Shown here in pieces: positions 25,546 through 38,798 of a DNA stretch of 64,000 nt. Below the pieces are notes generated by a model. It saw only the letters and a program-made list of their open reading frames with translations. It did no database searches and was not told the DNA's origin. The DNA is from Mobula hypostoma. Lineage: Eukaryota. Both the position numbers and the translations under genes were made by a program. How positions within the stretch are numbered: the stretch's first letter is position 1; the number at the start of each line of letters is the position of its first letter. The stretch lies in the NCBI RefSeq assembly GCF_963921235.1, contig NC_086108.1:4774001-4838000 (forward strand), read 5' to 3'.

Positions 25546-27106
25546 ACATATATGTACATTGATAATAATATTTACTTTGAACTCTGAAATGTGGTAGGAG
25601 ACTGGATCACCTGGAGGAAATCAATACAGTCATGGGGAGAAGGTACAAACTTCTTATATACAGTGGCAGAAATTGAACCTCCCATCTTACACAAACAACA
25701 ATGCTACCTGTCAAGAGCCTGTCAAAAAGACATGCCATCACTCTCTCGACTGCTTTTGTAACTGTTTGTCAGAAAATCCAAAGAAATTCATTTGACAAAC
25801 TTTACAGGTTCTTTTTATTTACTTAGTCAAGGAACATGGGATAAACTAACATTCATTGTCCTTTCTTCTTTCTCCAGAACTGCCTACTGAGTCATTGCAG
25901 AGTGCAGTAAAGAGTTAAATATGTCAGTATGGGTTTGGAATCTTTTCAAGGGCACTTAAAGATCATGTGACACAGGTGAAGAATTAGGCCATTCGGCCCA
26001 TCAAGTCTGCTCCAGCATTTCATCATAGCTGATTTATTAGCCTTTTCAACCATATTCTCCTGTCTTCTTGCTATAACCTATGATGCCCAGACTAACCAAG
26101 AACCTCTCAAACTTCATTTCAGACATAGCAGACTTGAAGAGCAGTGTTGATGCCAATGTTCGCTATGTAACAATAATTTGATAATCTCACGGTTATTATT
26201 AGTGAAACTTAACTTTTGATCAAAATTTAATAGAATAGCTAGTAGTTTTGTGAGATGCCTGCAAAATGTTATTGTGTGTTGCCAGCACCATCTTATAGAT
26301 CGGGGACTCTGTGGTTCTTGTTCATTTTTAAAATTTTTTTATTTTTAGTTTTTTTATTGTTTGCACAACCTGTTCTTTTTTTCTCACATTGGATTGTCGT
26401 TGGTCTGTTGTGTGGGTTTTTCTCATGGATTCTATTGCGTTTCTTTGTTTTGTGGCTGCCTGCATAAAGATGAATCTCAAGGCTGGGATACGTATTTTGA
26501 TAATAAATTTATGTTGAACTTTGTACAAATTTAAGTTGGTGACATAACACAACTTAAACTTGGTATCACCAAACAAATGTTCCAGTGTCCTATGTACTAA
26601 TTCAGGGATTAAAACAAATCACACATTTAGATTTTTAGATTTGGAAATACGGCATGGTTACAGGTCCCTCCTGCCCATCAATTACACTCATGTGACCAAT
26701 TAACCTACCAGCCCATACATTTTTGGGATAAGACCATAAAACCACAAGATATAGGATCAGGACTCAGTAGGTCATTTGGCCCATCGAGTCTGCTCCGCCA
26801 TTTCATCATGGCGGATCCATTTCCTTCTCAGCCCTAATCTCCTGCCTTCTCCCCGTATCCCTTCGTGCCCTGACCAATCAGAATCAGAATCAGGGTCAAG
26901 TTAAATATCACTGACATCTGTTGTGAAATTTGTTGTCTTTCCAGCAGTACATTGGAATAAATAAAAATTTTAAAAACCATGAATTACAGTAAGTATAACC
27001 CATGAACACTACCTCATTACTTGTTTAATTGTCTTTTATTACTATTTTTGCACTTTTTTAATATAACTGTTCATATATGTATGTGTCTATATATATATGT
27101 ATACTC

Positions 27107-27122
27107 TGTGTGTGTGTGTGTG

Positions 27123-27158
<36 letters not shown>
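27107..27158. repeat. Compound microsatellite (TG)8(TA)4(CA)14
   Basis: Read directly; 27107-27146 is a perfect 40-bp palindrome. Confidence 0.9.
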
Positions 27159-27159
<1 letters not shown>

Positions 27160-27869
27160 TCTGACTGTAATTCACAGTTTTTTTATCTATTGTTATATGT
27201 TTGTATATTGGGTTGTACGGGCGGCACAAAGACAACAAATTTCACGACGTATGCCTGTAATATTGAACCTGATTCTGATTCTTAAAACGGAAATAAAACT
27301 AGTTAGGTAGTGTTCATGCATTCAATGTCTACTCAGAAATCGATGGCAGAGGGGAAGAAGCTGTTTCTGAATCACTGAGTGTGTGCCATCAAGCTTCTGT
27401 ACCTCCTCCCTGATGGTAGCAATGAGAACAGGGCATGACCAGGGTGATGGGGGTTCTTAATGATGAACATTGCCGTTTTGAGGCATCGCTCCTTGAAGAT
27501 ATCTTGGATACACGACACTATTAACCTCTGCCTTAATTTGGCAATGACTTGGGATGCAGAAGGAAACCCACGTTCAAAGTTCAAAGAAAACTTTTCATCA
27601 AAGTACGTAAGTGTTCACAGATACTGTACTAACCTGTAGATTCATTTCCCTGCAGGATACATGGCCATAGGGATAACGTACTATACAAACTCCTTACACA
27701 CAGTGGCAGGAACTGAACCTGGGCTTTTGGTGTTGTAACAGTATTACTAACTGCTTCACTACCGTGCTCTCCCTAAACTTTACCTCATTTTTGTTTTTTT
27801 CACTTTCAAGACAAAGAAAGATGTATAAACGTGAGTTCTGTGATTTCAGACAAGAGATATGGTTTGCAG

Positions 27870-28545
27870 ACAATTTGCAGGTTGAGTCAGTGGCAAGGAA
27901 GGGAAATACAATGTTAGCATCCATTTCGAAAGGACTAGGATATAAAAGCAAGGATGTGATGTTGAGACTTTACAAGGCACTGGTGAGGCCTCACTTGGAG
28001 TACTGTGAGCAGTTTTGGACCCCTTATCTAAGAAATGATGTGCTGACATTGGAGAGGGTTCAGAGCAGGTTCATGAAAATGATTCCAGAATTGCAAGGCT
28101 TTTCATATGAGTTGTGTTTAATAGTTCTGGGCCTGTACTCACAGGAATTCAGAAGAATAAGGGGTGACCTCATCGAAACCTAACAAATGCTTAAAGGCCT
28201 CGATGGAGTGGATGTGGAGAGGATATTTCCTATGGTGGGGAAGTCTAGGACCAGAGGACACAGCCTCAGAATAGACAGGCATCCTTTCAGAACCGAGATG
28301 AGGAGGAATTTCTTTAGCCAGAGAGTGGTGAATCTGTGGAATTCTTTGCACAGGCAGCTGTGGAGGCCAAGGCATTGGGCATATTTAAGGTAGTGATTGA
28401 TAGATTCTTGATTAGTAAGTGGATGAAGGATATGAGAGAAGGCAGGAGATTGGGGCTGAGAGGGAAAATGGATCAGCCATGATGAAATGGCAGAGTAGTC
28501 GATGGGTCAAATGGCCTAATTCTGCTCCTGTATCTCGTGGTCTTT
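27870..28545 (+). mobile_element. CR1 LINE 3' fragment
   Basis: SKDVMLRLYKALVRPHLEYC...RRIRGDLIET...NFFSQRVVNLWNSL. Confidence 0.88.
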
Positions 28546-28682
28546 TTAATTAGATGCTGAAGAATCTCTGATGCTTTTTGTTTGACCATTTGAGAACTAT
28601 GCTGCACAGCTGTAAATGGTAGAACAGGACAGGGCCCCACAAACTACAGGGTGATATTGAAACTTGAAGGATTTGAGCTCAC

Positions 28683-28871
28683 TCCTTGTTCATCCAGTTT
28701 CAGTAGCTGCTCTGTCACTTTAGGCGTGCTGAACGCCAGCCGCAGACATTGGATGTTCAGCTCCGGTATCACCGCCTCCAGCACCTCTTTCATTGGAAGC
28801 CCTCGCACCGTGCCGTGTTTCGACGTTGATGGAACTGCATCCTCCAGGATTGCTCCTCTTAGTGTAATGAG
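28683..28871 (-). CDS. SIPA1L3: SIPA1L3 coding exon 3 (189 nt)
   Basis: CTTTCAG|CTC...; [63 protein letters not shown]; donor GGA|GTGAGC; phase 0 to 0. Confidence 0.95.
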
Positions 28872-29248
28872 CTGAAAGATACAATTTTCACATCTGTCAA
28901 AGCATTGATCCTTTCAAGCAGCTTTCAATTCTACTATGTCACAACAAGAAATTTGCTACAGACTACTCTCGAACTAAAGTAAATCAGAAATTCAGTGGAA
29001 AGAGGTGTCACTGTCTCTTGCAACCACTGAACCGTAAGTCACCCTCACACACTAGGAATAATAATTTTATTCACAGGGAAAATGTTTATTTTTAATCATT
29101 ATTGGCTTGCTCTAACTTCACCACATTCATGACATGTCACTGATAAACACAGGGTGTACAGGAGCAAGATCCTCCAGCTAGGTGAATAGTATCGCAGCAA
29201 CAATCTTGCACTCATTGTCAGCAAGACCAAAGAACTGATTGTGGGCTT

Positions 29249-31339
29249 TGTTGTGTCTGTACTACTATATATCAAATAACTAAAAGCACACACTCAGAGG
29301 TGAAGTTAACTTGTATATTCACTTTACGGAGAGAGCTACAAATCAATGCGCACAGGTAAGTTATCAGTCATAATTAGTGCTAAGGAGAATCATTGTGTTA
29401 AAGAAATAGATCCATACATTACACTTTCTCCCTCCTCAGATTAATGTAACATAAAACTGTATACGTAACAAAACATTCAATTTCCCTTTAACAGACTATA
29501 TTCAAATAAACATGCTTTCACAATAAACTAGCTTCTCTATACTAAAGGTCCAGTCTTTTGGATGGTGCTCTGTTTCTTTTGGGATAATGCCTTTGGACTT
29601 GTGGAGTGGCATCAGGTTTGGCAGGTGTCTTGTCAAGGACAACTTTCTCTATTGCAGGTGTCACATTGTTGTTAGTGACATGATCGTCACCGAGAGTTAA
29701 GTGCGGTGACTGTAATGTGTCCGTCTTGTTGGATGCGGTCGACTCAGATGTGTTCTTCAGCTGAGCATCTAGTATCTGGTCCACGTAACGTCTCCATGTC
29801 TGATCTCCAACATCCTCTGTGTACGTCAATGGTCCAGTTCTTGTAACTTTCCTACCAGGCATCCACTTGTCTTCTCAGTAATCACACGCTAGGACTTCCA
29901 GTCCAGCCTCACAGCTCCTTGCTGATTTACGTGGTAACGAGATGAACTGTTTATTCTGCACTTCTCTCCAGAGATCTGGTTTCAGGAGGTCTATGTGAGA
30001 TCTCAGATTCCTGTTCATGAACAACATTGCAGGTGTTTGATTTGTCATTGAATGAACAGAGTTCCGATACACAAAAAGGAAGTTGTCCACCTTGTGCTGA
30101 AGGGAAGTGTCCTCCTTGTCCATAGCTTTAATGGACACCTTGAGGTTTGTGGCATCCCAGACAGCTTTCGATCAAGTCTTCAATCTGTTTATCTATTCCC
30201 GGCCACCACACATAGCTCCAGGCGAGACTCTTCATCTTCACCTTCATGCAGACGTTCTAACACTCTGGTGTGCAGTTTAGACACCATCTGCAAACTTTTT
30301 CTTTGAACCAACAGTCATTTGCTTCATGAGAGGATTTACCACATCAATAACATTTCTGGCTTTTTGTACCATTCAGGGACATTTTGTGCACTTAACATTC
30401 TAAACTCTTTCTCTGTAGTTTTAACACATCCTTTGTTGATGCTGTCTCCACTGATATTGCAATAGTCAATGCTTGTTCTAAGGTTAGGTCTCTTTCTACC
30501 AGCAGCCTCTTTTGAGTGCTTTGGCTATCATGCCACATACAAGCCTGTCCCTTAATGCATCAGAAAGTCCATCTCCAAAGTCACAGTACTGGGAAAGTTT
30601 GCGCAGTTCTGCAATGTATTCAGAAATGCTTTCATCCTTTGACTGATTCCTTTTGTGAAATCTAAATCTCTCTGCTATTACTAGTGGACTTGGGCTCAAG
30701 TGATTTTGTAACTTCTCAACAATTTTGTCAAACATCTTGCTTGCTGGCTTTTCAGGAGTTACTAAGTTGCATTAGAGACTGTACGTTTTAGGACACATTA
30801 AGCTAAGAAGTGTGGGGATTTTATTATCTTCATCCACATTGTTAGCATTACAATACAGATCAACCCTCTTGATATACAATTCCCAGTCTTCATTAGCACT
30901 ATCAAATTCGTCAACTTCCCTGACTCAGGCCAACGTCATGTTATTTTCACTTTAACTTAGCTAATTGTGCGTCTCTCACTGTGTGCCCTGCACTGTCACT
31001 CACGCATCCTTGTGCTAGCATCCGTGACTGCCTTCTCTGTACTGGTTCACTCTTTCCTCTCGCTGTATCTCTCCCTTCCTCTGAGGTCTGTCATCTCGGA
31101 ACTGTCGGTGCAGTTGGTGATATCCGCTGGCATTCAGGTTAGTACTCACCATCAATTTGTTTTGTCTCTACAACTACATACAGTATCAAATAAATAAAGG
31201 CACGCACTTGGAGGTGAGATTAATGTATCTATACACCTTGCAGATGCAGCAATAAATCAATGTGGATGCATAAGTTATCAGTCAATAATTAGTGCTAAGG
31301 GGAGTCATTGTGCTAAAAGAAATAGATCAATACACTACA
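29249..31339 (-). mobile_element. Gypsy LTR retrotransposon, internally deleted (gag and integrase C-terminus only)
   Basis: TG..CA LTRs at 29249-29423 and 31158-31339; GGCTT duplication at 29244-29248 and 31340-31344; polypurine tract (ctttctccctcctc on +) beside the 29423 LTR edge; gag IAERFRFHKRNQ...ALRDRLVCGM; integrase FLFVYRNSVHSMTNQTPA and TWRRYVDQI. Confidence 0.9.
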
Positions 31340-31960
31340 GGCTTCAGAAAGGGTAAGACGAGGGAACACAAACCAATCCTCGTAGAGGGATCAGAAGTGG
31401 AAAGAGTGAGCAATTTCAAGTTCCTGGATGTTAAGATATTGAAAGACCTAACCTGGACCCAACATAAACAAGGCTAGACAATGGCTATAGTTAATTCACA
31501 ATTTGAGGAGATTAGCTTTGCCAACTAAAACACTTGAAAACTTCTACAAAGGTACCGTGGAGAACATTCTGACTGGCTGCATCACTGTCTGGTATGGTGG
31601 TGGGGGTTGGAGGGGAGGGGGATGTGGGTACTGCGCAAGATCGAAGTAAGTTGCAGAAACTTGTAAAATTTGTCTACTCCATCATGGGTACTAGCCTCCG
31701 TAGTATCCAGGACATCTTCAAGGAGTGATGGAGGCATCCGTCAATGAGGACCCCATCACCCAGGATATGCCTACCTCTCATTGTTACCATCAGGTAGGAG
31801 GTACAGGAGCCTGAAGGCACACACTCAGCGATTCAGGAACAGCTTCTTCCCTCCTGCCATCCGATTTTTAAATGGACATTGAAATCATGAATGCTACCCA
31901 ACTAATTTTATATTTCTGTTCTTTTTCTACTTATTTTCACTTAACTATTTAATAGACATA

Positions 31961-33579
31961 CAGTGGCATGTAAAAGTTTGGGCACCCCGGTCAAAATTTC
32001 TGTTACTGTGAATAGAAGTAAAAGATGAACTGATTTCCAAAAGGCATAAAGTTAAAGATGACACATTTCTTTAATATTTTAGGCAAGATTACTTTTTTAT
32101 TTCCATCTTTAACAGTTTCAAAATAACAAAAAAGGAAAAGGGCCTGAAGCAAAAGTTTGGGCACCCTGCATAGCAGTACTTAGTAACACCCTCTTTGGCA
32201 AGTATCACGGCTTGTAAACGCTTTCTGTAGCCAGCTAAGAGTCTTTCAATTCTTGTTTGGGGGATTTTCGCCCATTCTTCCTTGCAAAAGGCTTCTAGTT
32301 CTGTGAGATTGTTGGGCGGTCTTGCATGCACTGCTCTTTTGAGGTCTATCCACAGATTTTCAATAATGTTTAGGTCAGGGGACTGTGAGGGCCATGGCAA
32401 GACCTTCAGCTTGCACCTCTTGAGGTAGTCCATTGTGGATTTTGAGGTGTGTTTAAGATCATTATCCTGTTGTAGAAGCCATCTTCTTTTCATCTTCAGC
32501 TTTTTTACAGATGGTGTGATGTCTGCTTCCAGAATTTGCTGGTATTTAATTGAATTCATTCCTCCCTCTACCAGTGAAATGTTCCCCGTGCCACTGGCTG
32601 CAACACAAGCCCAAAGCATGATCGATCCACCCCCGTGCTTAACAGTTGGAGAGTTGTTCTTTTCATGAAATTCTGCACCCTTTTTTCTCCAACCATACCT
32701 TTGTTCATTGTGGCCAAAAAGTTCTATTTTAACTTCATCAGTCCACAGGACTTGTTTCCAAAAAATGCATCAGGCTTGTTTAGATGTTCCTTTGCAAACT
32801 CTGACGCTGAATTTTGTGGTGGGGACACAGGAAAGGTTTTCTTCTGATGACTCTTCCATGAAGGTCACATTTGTGCAGATGTCGCTACACAGTAGAACAG
32901 CGCACCACCACTCCAGAGTCTGCTAAATCTTCCTGAAGGTCTTTTGCAGTCAAACGGGGGTTTTGATTTGCTTTTCTAGCAATCCTACGAGCAGTTCTCT
33001 CAGAAAGATTTCTTGGTCTTCCAGACCCTAACTTGACCTCCACCCACCATTCCTGTTAACTGCCATTTCTTAATTACGTTATGAACTGAGGAAACGGCTA
33101 CCTGAAAATGCTTTGCTATCTTCTTATAGCCTTCTCCTGCTTTGTGGGCATCTTTTATTTTAATTTTCAGAGTGCTAGGCAGCTGCTTAGAGGAGCCCAT
33201 GGCTGCTGATTGTTGGGACAAGGTTTGAGGAGTCAGAGTATTTATAAAGCTTTGAAATTTGCATCATTTGGCCTTTCCTAATGATGACTGTGAACAAGCC
33301 AAGCCCGAACAAGCTAATTAAGGTCTGAGACATTGGTAAAAGTTATCTGAGAGCTCAAATCTCTTGGGGAGCCCAAACTTTTGCATGGTGCTCCTTTCCT
33401 TTTTTATACCCTAAAATTGTACAAAACAAAAATACTACACTAATCTTGCTTAAAATGTTGAAAAGAATGTTTCATCTTTAACTTTATGACTTTTGGAGAT
33501 TAGTTCATCTTCTATTCACTTAACTATTCACAGTAACAGAAATTTTGACCAGGAGTGCCCAAACTTTTGCATGCCACTG
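31961..33579 (-). mobile_element. Full-length Tc1 transposon (1619 bp, long IR/DR termini), transposase frameshifted
   Basis: TA|CAGTGGCATGTAAAAGTTTGGGCACCCC...GTGCCCAAACTTTTGCATGCCACTG|TA; inner repeat CAAAAGTTTGGGCACCC near 32150; ORF 32089-32619 has QDND and WPSQSPDLNIIENLW. Confidence 0.95.
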
Positions 33580-34085
33580 TATAAATACTTAACATAACTC
33601 CATTTTTTTCCTCTATATTTGCTTATCATTTATTTCATTGTACTGTTGACATAAAGTTAACAAATTTCACGACATATGCTGGTGATATTAAACCTGATTC
33701 TGATTTGAGGTGCCATTAACCATTGAATCACTTTGCAGTGTGTTTGCAGTGCCTACTTTGGTAAACTTTCCAATCTAACACCTAAGCATTCACTCCTTGG
33801 CTACTAGGGCACCACTGCCTCTTTCAAGATTTATTTGTTTATTTAGAGATACAGCATGGAACAGGCCCTACTGTCTCTTCAAGCCACGCCACCAGCAACC
33901 CACCATTTTAACCCAAGCCCAATTACAGGACAATTTAGAATGAACAATTAGCCTACCAACCAGTACGTCTTTGGACTGTGTGAGGAAACCGGAGCACCCG
34001 GTCTCTTTCACAAGTTATTATATAAGGAATATCCAGAATTCCTGCAGAAAATTCACAACACAAATGATGTGGTACTTTCTGAAAT

Positions 34086-34147
34086 TAAACCATACAACGT
34101 AACTTCATGAAAACCGTAAACCATACAAAGTAACTTCATGAAAACCA
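34086..34147. repeat. 31-bp tandem duplication
   Basis: TAAACCATACAA(C/A)GTAACTTCATGAAAACC(G/A) twice. Confidence 0.9.
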
Positions 34148-34158
34148 TCATTCCACAC

Positions 34159-34289
34159 CTCACTGGTCCTGAAGATGATTCGGTAGATGTACTGAGATCC
34201 ATGTTCTTTGCTGTCTTCCAATTTCTCCCGCTTGATGCTTATGGCCACTGGGCCCAGCTTTTCATCCACTCCAAAGTAATTCCAGTGCT
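34159..34289 (-). CDS. SIPA1L3: SIPA1L3 coding exon 2 (131 nt)
   Basis: CCTCCCAG|AG CAC TGG...; encodes (E)[43 protein letters not shown]; donor GAG|GTGTGG; phase 1 to 0. Absent from the ORF track. Confidence 0.95.
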
Positions 34290-37200
34290 CTGGGAGGACA
34301 CAGTGGGAGAAGAAGTAAATCCCTGACCACAGAGGACAATTTCAGAATGGCAAATCTACTCATTCAGCGGCTCAGGCATCATCAGTAGAGACAGAAATAG
34401 TCAACATTTCATATCAACAGCCTTCCCTCACACCTCAGTGTAAACCACGGGTTCCCAACCTGGGGTTCATGGACCCCTTGCCTAATGGTACTGCTCCACG
34501 GCAGACAAAAGATTGGGAACCCCTGACATAAACTCTATTTTCCTCTCCAGGGATGTTCTCTCACTCCTTTCGATTTTTGTTGTTTTCATTTTAAATTTCC
34601 AAAAAAGGAAACCTTCCATAACAGAAAAGGTTGAATAAGTTAAGACTTCATTCCTTGGAACGTAGAAGATTGAAAGGGGATTTGATAGAGGTATACAAAA
34701 TTATGAGGGATATAGATAGGGTAAATGCAAGCAGGCTTTTTCCACTGAGGTTGGGTGGGACCAAAACAAAAAGTCATGGGTTAAGGATGAAAGGTAAAAA
34801 ATTTAAGGGAACAAGAGGAGAAACTTCTTCACTTAGAGGGTCATGAGAGTGTGGAACAAGCTGCCAGCACAAGTGGTGCATGCACACTTGATTTCAATAT
34901 TTAAGAGAAGTTTGGATATTGATGTTAGGGGTATGGAGGGTTTTGGTCCCTGAGTAGTCAATAGAAGTAGGCAGTTTAAATGATTTTTCATGGAGTAGAT
35001 AGGCCAAAGGGCCTGTTTCTATGCTGTACGTTTCTGTGACTCCATAATTTTGCATCACTGTGTAACTGTGGGGGAAAGAACAAAGTGAAACTGGGCTACT
35101 TCACAATTCTGCATCTTTTTGGGATGGGGGCCAAATACAGGTCCCACACCACCAGGTTCACCCCACAACCATCAGGTTCCTGAACTCACATGGATAATTT
35201 CAGTCACCTCAGCACTGAACTGATTCCACAATCTATGGACTCACTCCAGGGACTCTACAACTCATGTTCTCAGTATTATTCATTTACTTATTTGTTATTA
35301 TTATGATTATTATTATTATTATCATCATCATCATCACTTTTTGTATTTGCACAGTTTGTTTTCTTTTGTACACTAGTTGTTTGTAAGGATTTGTGTGTAG
35401 TTCTTTATTGATTCTATTGTATTTCTTTGTTCCACTGTGAATGCCTAAAAAAAATGAATCTCAAGGTAGTAGGAAAGGGAAATTGGTCAGTATGGATGAG
35501 ATGGACCGAAGGGCCTATTACCATGCTGCATAACTTGTGATTCTGCGATGTTTTGTCAAGAGAAGCACTAGACTGAAAGTGGTGGGTACCTGAATGCACT
35601 GCCAGGGATGGTAATGGAGGCAAGCGTGACAGAGGCATTTAAGACCATAAAATATAGGAGCAAAATTATGCCATTTGGCACATGGAGTCTGCATCCTTTC
35701 ATCGTGACTTATCCATTTCCCTCTCAGCCCCAATCTCCTGTGAGGGCATGACCAAGCACAGAAGGTGTCAGGAACAGCTTCTTCCCCTCTGCCATCTGAT
35801 TCCTAGCTTTGAACACTACCTCACTTTTTTTTAATATACAGTATTTCTGTTTTTTGCACATTTTTAAAAATCTATTCAATACACGTAATTGATTTACTTG
35901 TTTATTTATTATTATGTTTTATTTATTTATCTTGTTTTCTGTCTCTGGTAGATTATGTATTGCATTGAACTGCTGCTGCGAATTTAACAAATTTCATGTC
36001 ACACGCTGGTGCTAATAAACCTGATTCTGATCCACAGCAGTCAAGGAAGACCCAGTTTGTGATGCTTGTTCACGCCACTGGACGGACTTCTGAGGTCGAG
36101 AGAACGGAACTGCCCCGGTGTAATGGCTTCCCCTCTTTAAAAACTCTCCCAAACAGGTTTCCTGTCATCGACCAACAACCACCACCATCACTCACATCAG
36201 TGGCATTAATCAAACTCACAGCTTCGTTGGATAAACAACTTAGATCTGTGATTCCAGCACCAACAGCTCCTAATGAAACTATCAGCTGCATACAATGGGA
36301 AAGGTTTTCAAGTAATTTGATGCCGATTTTTCCCCCTCTTCTGTCACAGTACAGAAACCACTCACACCTTCACACAGGGGACAGTCTGACCTTGCCCAAA
36401 TAATAAATGATATTTCCTTTCTGACATCAGTATAAGGAAGGCATACTACAATGGTATGAGCTAATTGATTTCATGGTGGAGGTGTTGATCAGCCTTTCTG
36501 CTTGGGAAAGGAGTCTGAAAGAGGCCTACTGCTGTGTGGCTTGCTGTGGCATGTGGGTAGGTCTCTGTGCTCGTGTGGTGTCTCTCTTTGTTGACAAACG
36601 AAGATCTAGCCATGGTTCTGAGTTACAGATTGGACTATTGCACTTATGGACAATGGACTTTCTCAGACCTATGGTTTAAATATTCTGTGTTTTGAGCTCA
36701 TTTCTTTCCGTTTTGCTATGCGAGGTGGGGGTTTGGCATCGATGTTCTTGTTATGTTTTGGGTGGGGGATGAGGGGTTTGGGTGTTGAAGATTGGGATGC
36801 TGTTCTTTTTTGTTTGGGGGTTGATTTAATGTTTCTCTCTGAACAATTTTCATTTTCTTCTTTTGTTTTGTGGCTATCTGGAGAAGACAAATCTCAGAGT
36901 TCTATATGGATACATACTTTGAAAATAAATGAACCTTTGAACCTTTTGAACCTTTGAAAGTAACTGTTTCGGAGTCTGGTGGTCCTGGCGTGGATGCTAT
37001 GTAGCCTCCTCCCTGAGGGGTTTGGGACAACCTCCACTACCACTACTTCATCATCTTATGTACGGGCACTCCTGTGCCTAGCATCATTTTATGGACATAC
37101 AATCAATCAATGTACAGTATATGAGCTGTCTTTCGTATATATACTTATTGTGTTTTTTATTATTGTGTTCTTTATCTTATTGTGTTTTTTTTGTGCTGCA

Positions 37201-38363
37201 TCGGTCTGGAGTAACAATTATTTTGTTCTCCTTTACACTTGTGTACTGGAAATGACAGTAAACAACCTTGAATTTTGAGGCTTGGTTGAAGGAAAATCTC
37301 TGCATTGTGCTTCAGTGTTGGACAAATCCTACAGTGGCCAGAATTCCTAGAATTGAGTATTTGACGTAAGAAGCTGGGGCTGAGAGATTGCTCCGGGCTG
37401 TGAGCTCCATGACGATTTGTCCCGATTTCTGTGATGAACTGAGGGTGAGGCTTTGGGCCTGCACTGGCTGCTCCGGGCTTCCTGTCTATGGACTCACTTT
37501 CATTCCGAATGTGTTGCTTGCTTTTATTATTTGCACTGAAATTTATTTATCCAGCTACAGCGTGGAATAGGCCCTCTGGCCCTTCAAGCCGTGCTGCCCA
37601 GCAATCCCCCACTTTAATACCAGCCTAATCACGGGACAATTTACAATGAACCTACCAACTGGTACATCTTTGGAACATGGGAAACCCATGCAGTCATGGG
37701 GAGAACGTACAAACTCCCTACAGGCTGCGGTGGAATTGAACCCCAGTCACCTGTACTGTAAAGCGTTGTGCTAATCACTAAGCTACCGTGTCACCTACCA
37801 CGATGTGTGTGTTTTCCCTCTCTGCACATCTTTTTTTAATTGTATTCTTTTGGGCTTTTTGTTCTGTGACTGCCTGTAAGCAGACAAATCTCAAGGTTCT
37901 ACCATTTATATACACTTTGATAATAAATGTACTTTGAACTTTGAAGATGCCATCAGAATTTGAAAAATATTCATAGGAATGGACCTATTTCATAAAATGA
38001 AATAAACACAAGCCTGCTACTAAAGCCAAAGAGGCCACATCTACTTACTGCATTGAAGAAGGCCATTCGTCCCATTGAGTAAGCGTCAGCCCTATTCTCC
38101 CACTAATTTTCCTTCAACATTTTCCTCAGTCATATCAATGACAGATTCCACCTGTCCATAACACATCAAGGGCAATTTAGACTGGCCAATTAACTTACTC
38201 ATTGGGCTTTTGAACCCTTTGACAATTTCATTTAAATTAAAACTCTCCTGGGTGTAGTTGCAATGCTTAAAGGCTCAGTGATCAATAATTCCTATTGAGC
38301 AAGTAATTGCATTTTCTATGTGAGTGAAGCAAAGCAGCAAGACTAGAATCAGAGTCATAGAAC

Positions 38364-38798
38364 TCTCCAAGAGGATCACAACTTTGCCGTAGGGTTTGGA
38401 GGCTTGCGTGTTTCAATGACCCCAGAGAGCTATGTTGTCTGGAGTCAGGGCTTTACGCTTTGGCTCTTGGTAGGGTCACCCATGCCAAACAGGTCAAAGG
38501 GTAGAGGAAAGGCTAAGAGTGGTCCACTGGTCCTCCAGGTTCCGGGGGGGGGGGGGTTCAGCTCAGGGTTAACAACCCTGAACGGTCAAAAGCTAATTGT
38601 TATGAAAACAGCAATGAAGAATCCTAACATCTGAGTGCGACGGTATTCCTGAGTCTCCACCCGGGACTTGCATGACTGACAGTAGTGAAAACCAAGAGGA
38701 AGCTACTGACACGATGAAGGAAGCCCTGAGCACCACCAGAGATGGAGGACCTTCACTGCTGCCCTAAACACCAGCGGTGTAATAGGTAGTAAGTAAGT
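38364..38798 (+). mobile_element. Short RTE-derived non-autonomous retroelement
   Basis: 3' part reads RWRTFTAALNTSG followed by a (TAAG)n tail; collinear copies at about 48697-49075 and 54027-54408. Confidence 0.6.

Larger units (their letters stand above)
29150..33706 (+). mobile_element. Rex1/Babar-type LINE 3' fragment split by the Gypsy and a Tc1
   Basis: NNLAL.VSKTKELIV|FRKG...VERVSNFKFL rejoins across the Gypsy; the tail resumes after the Tc1 and ends AAACCTGATTCTGATT. Other copies at about 23575-23985, 52480-53015 and 62470-63320. Confidence 0.75.
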
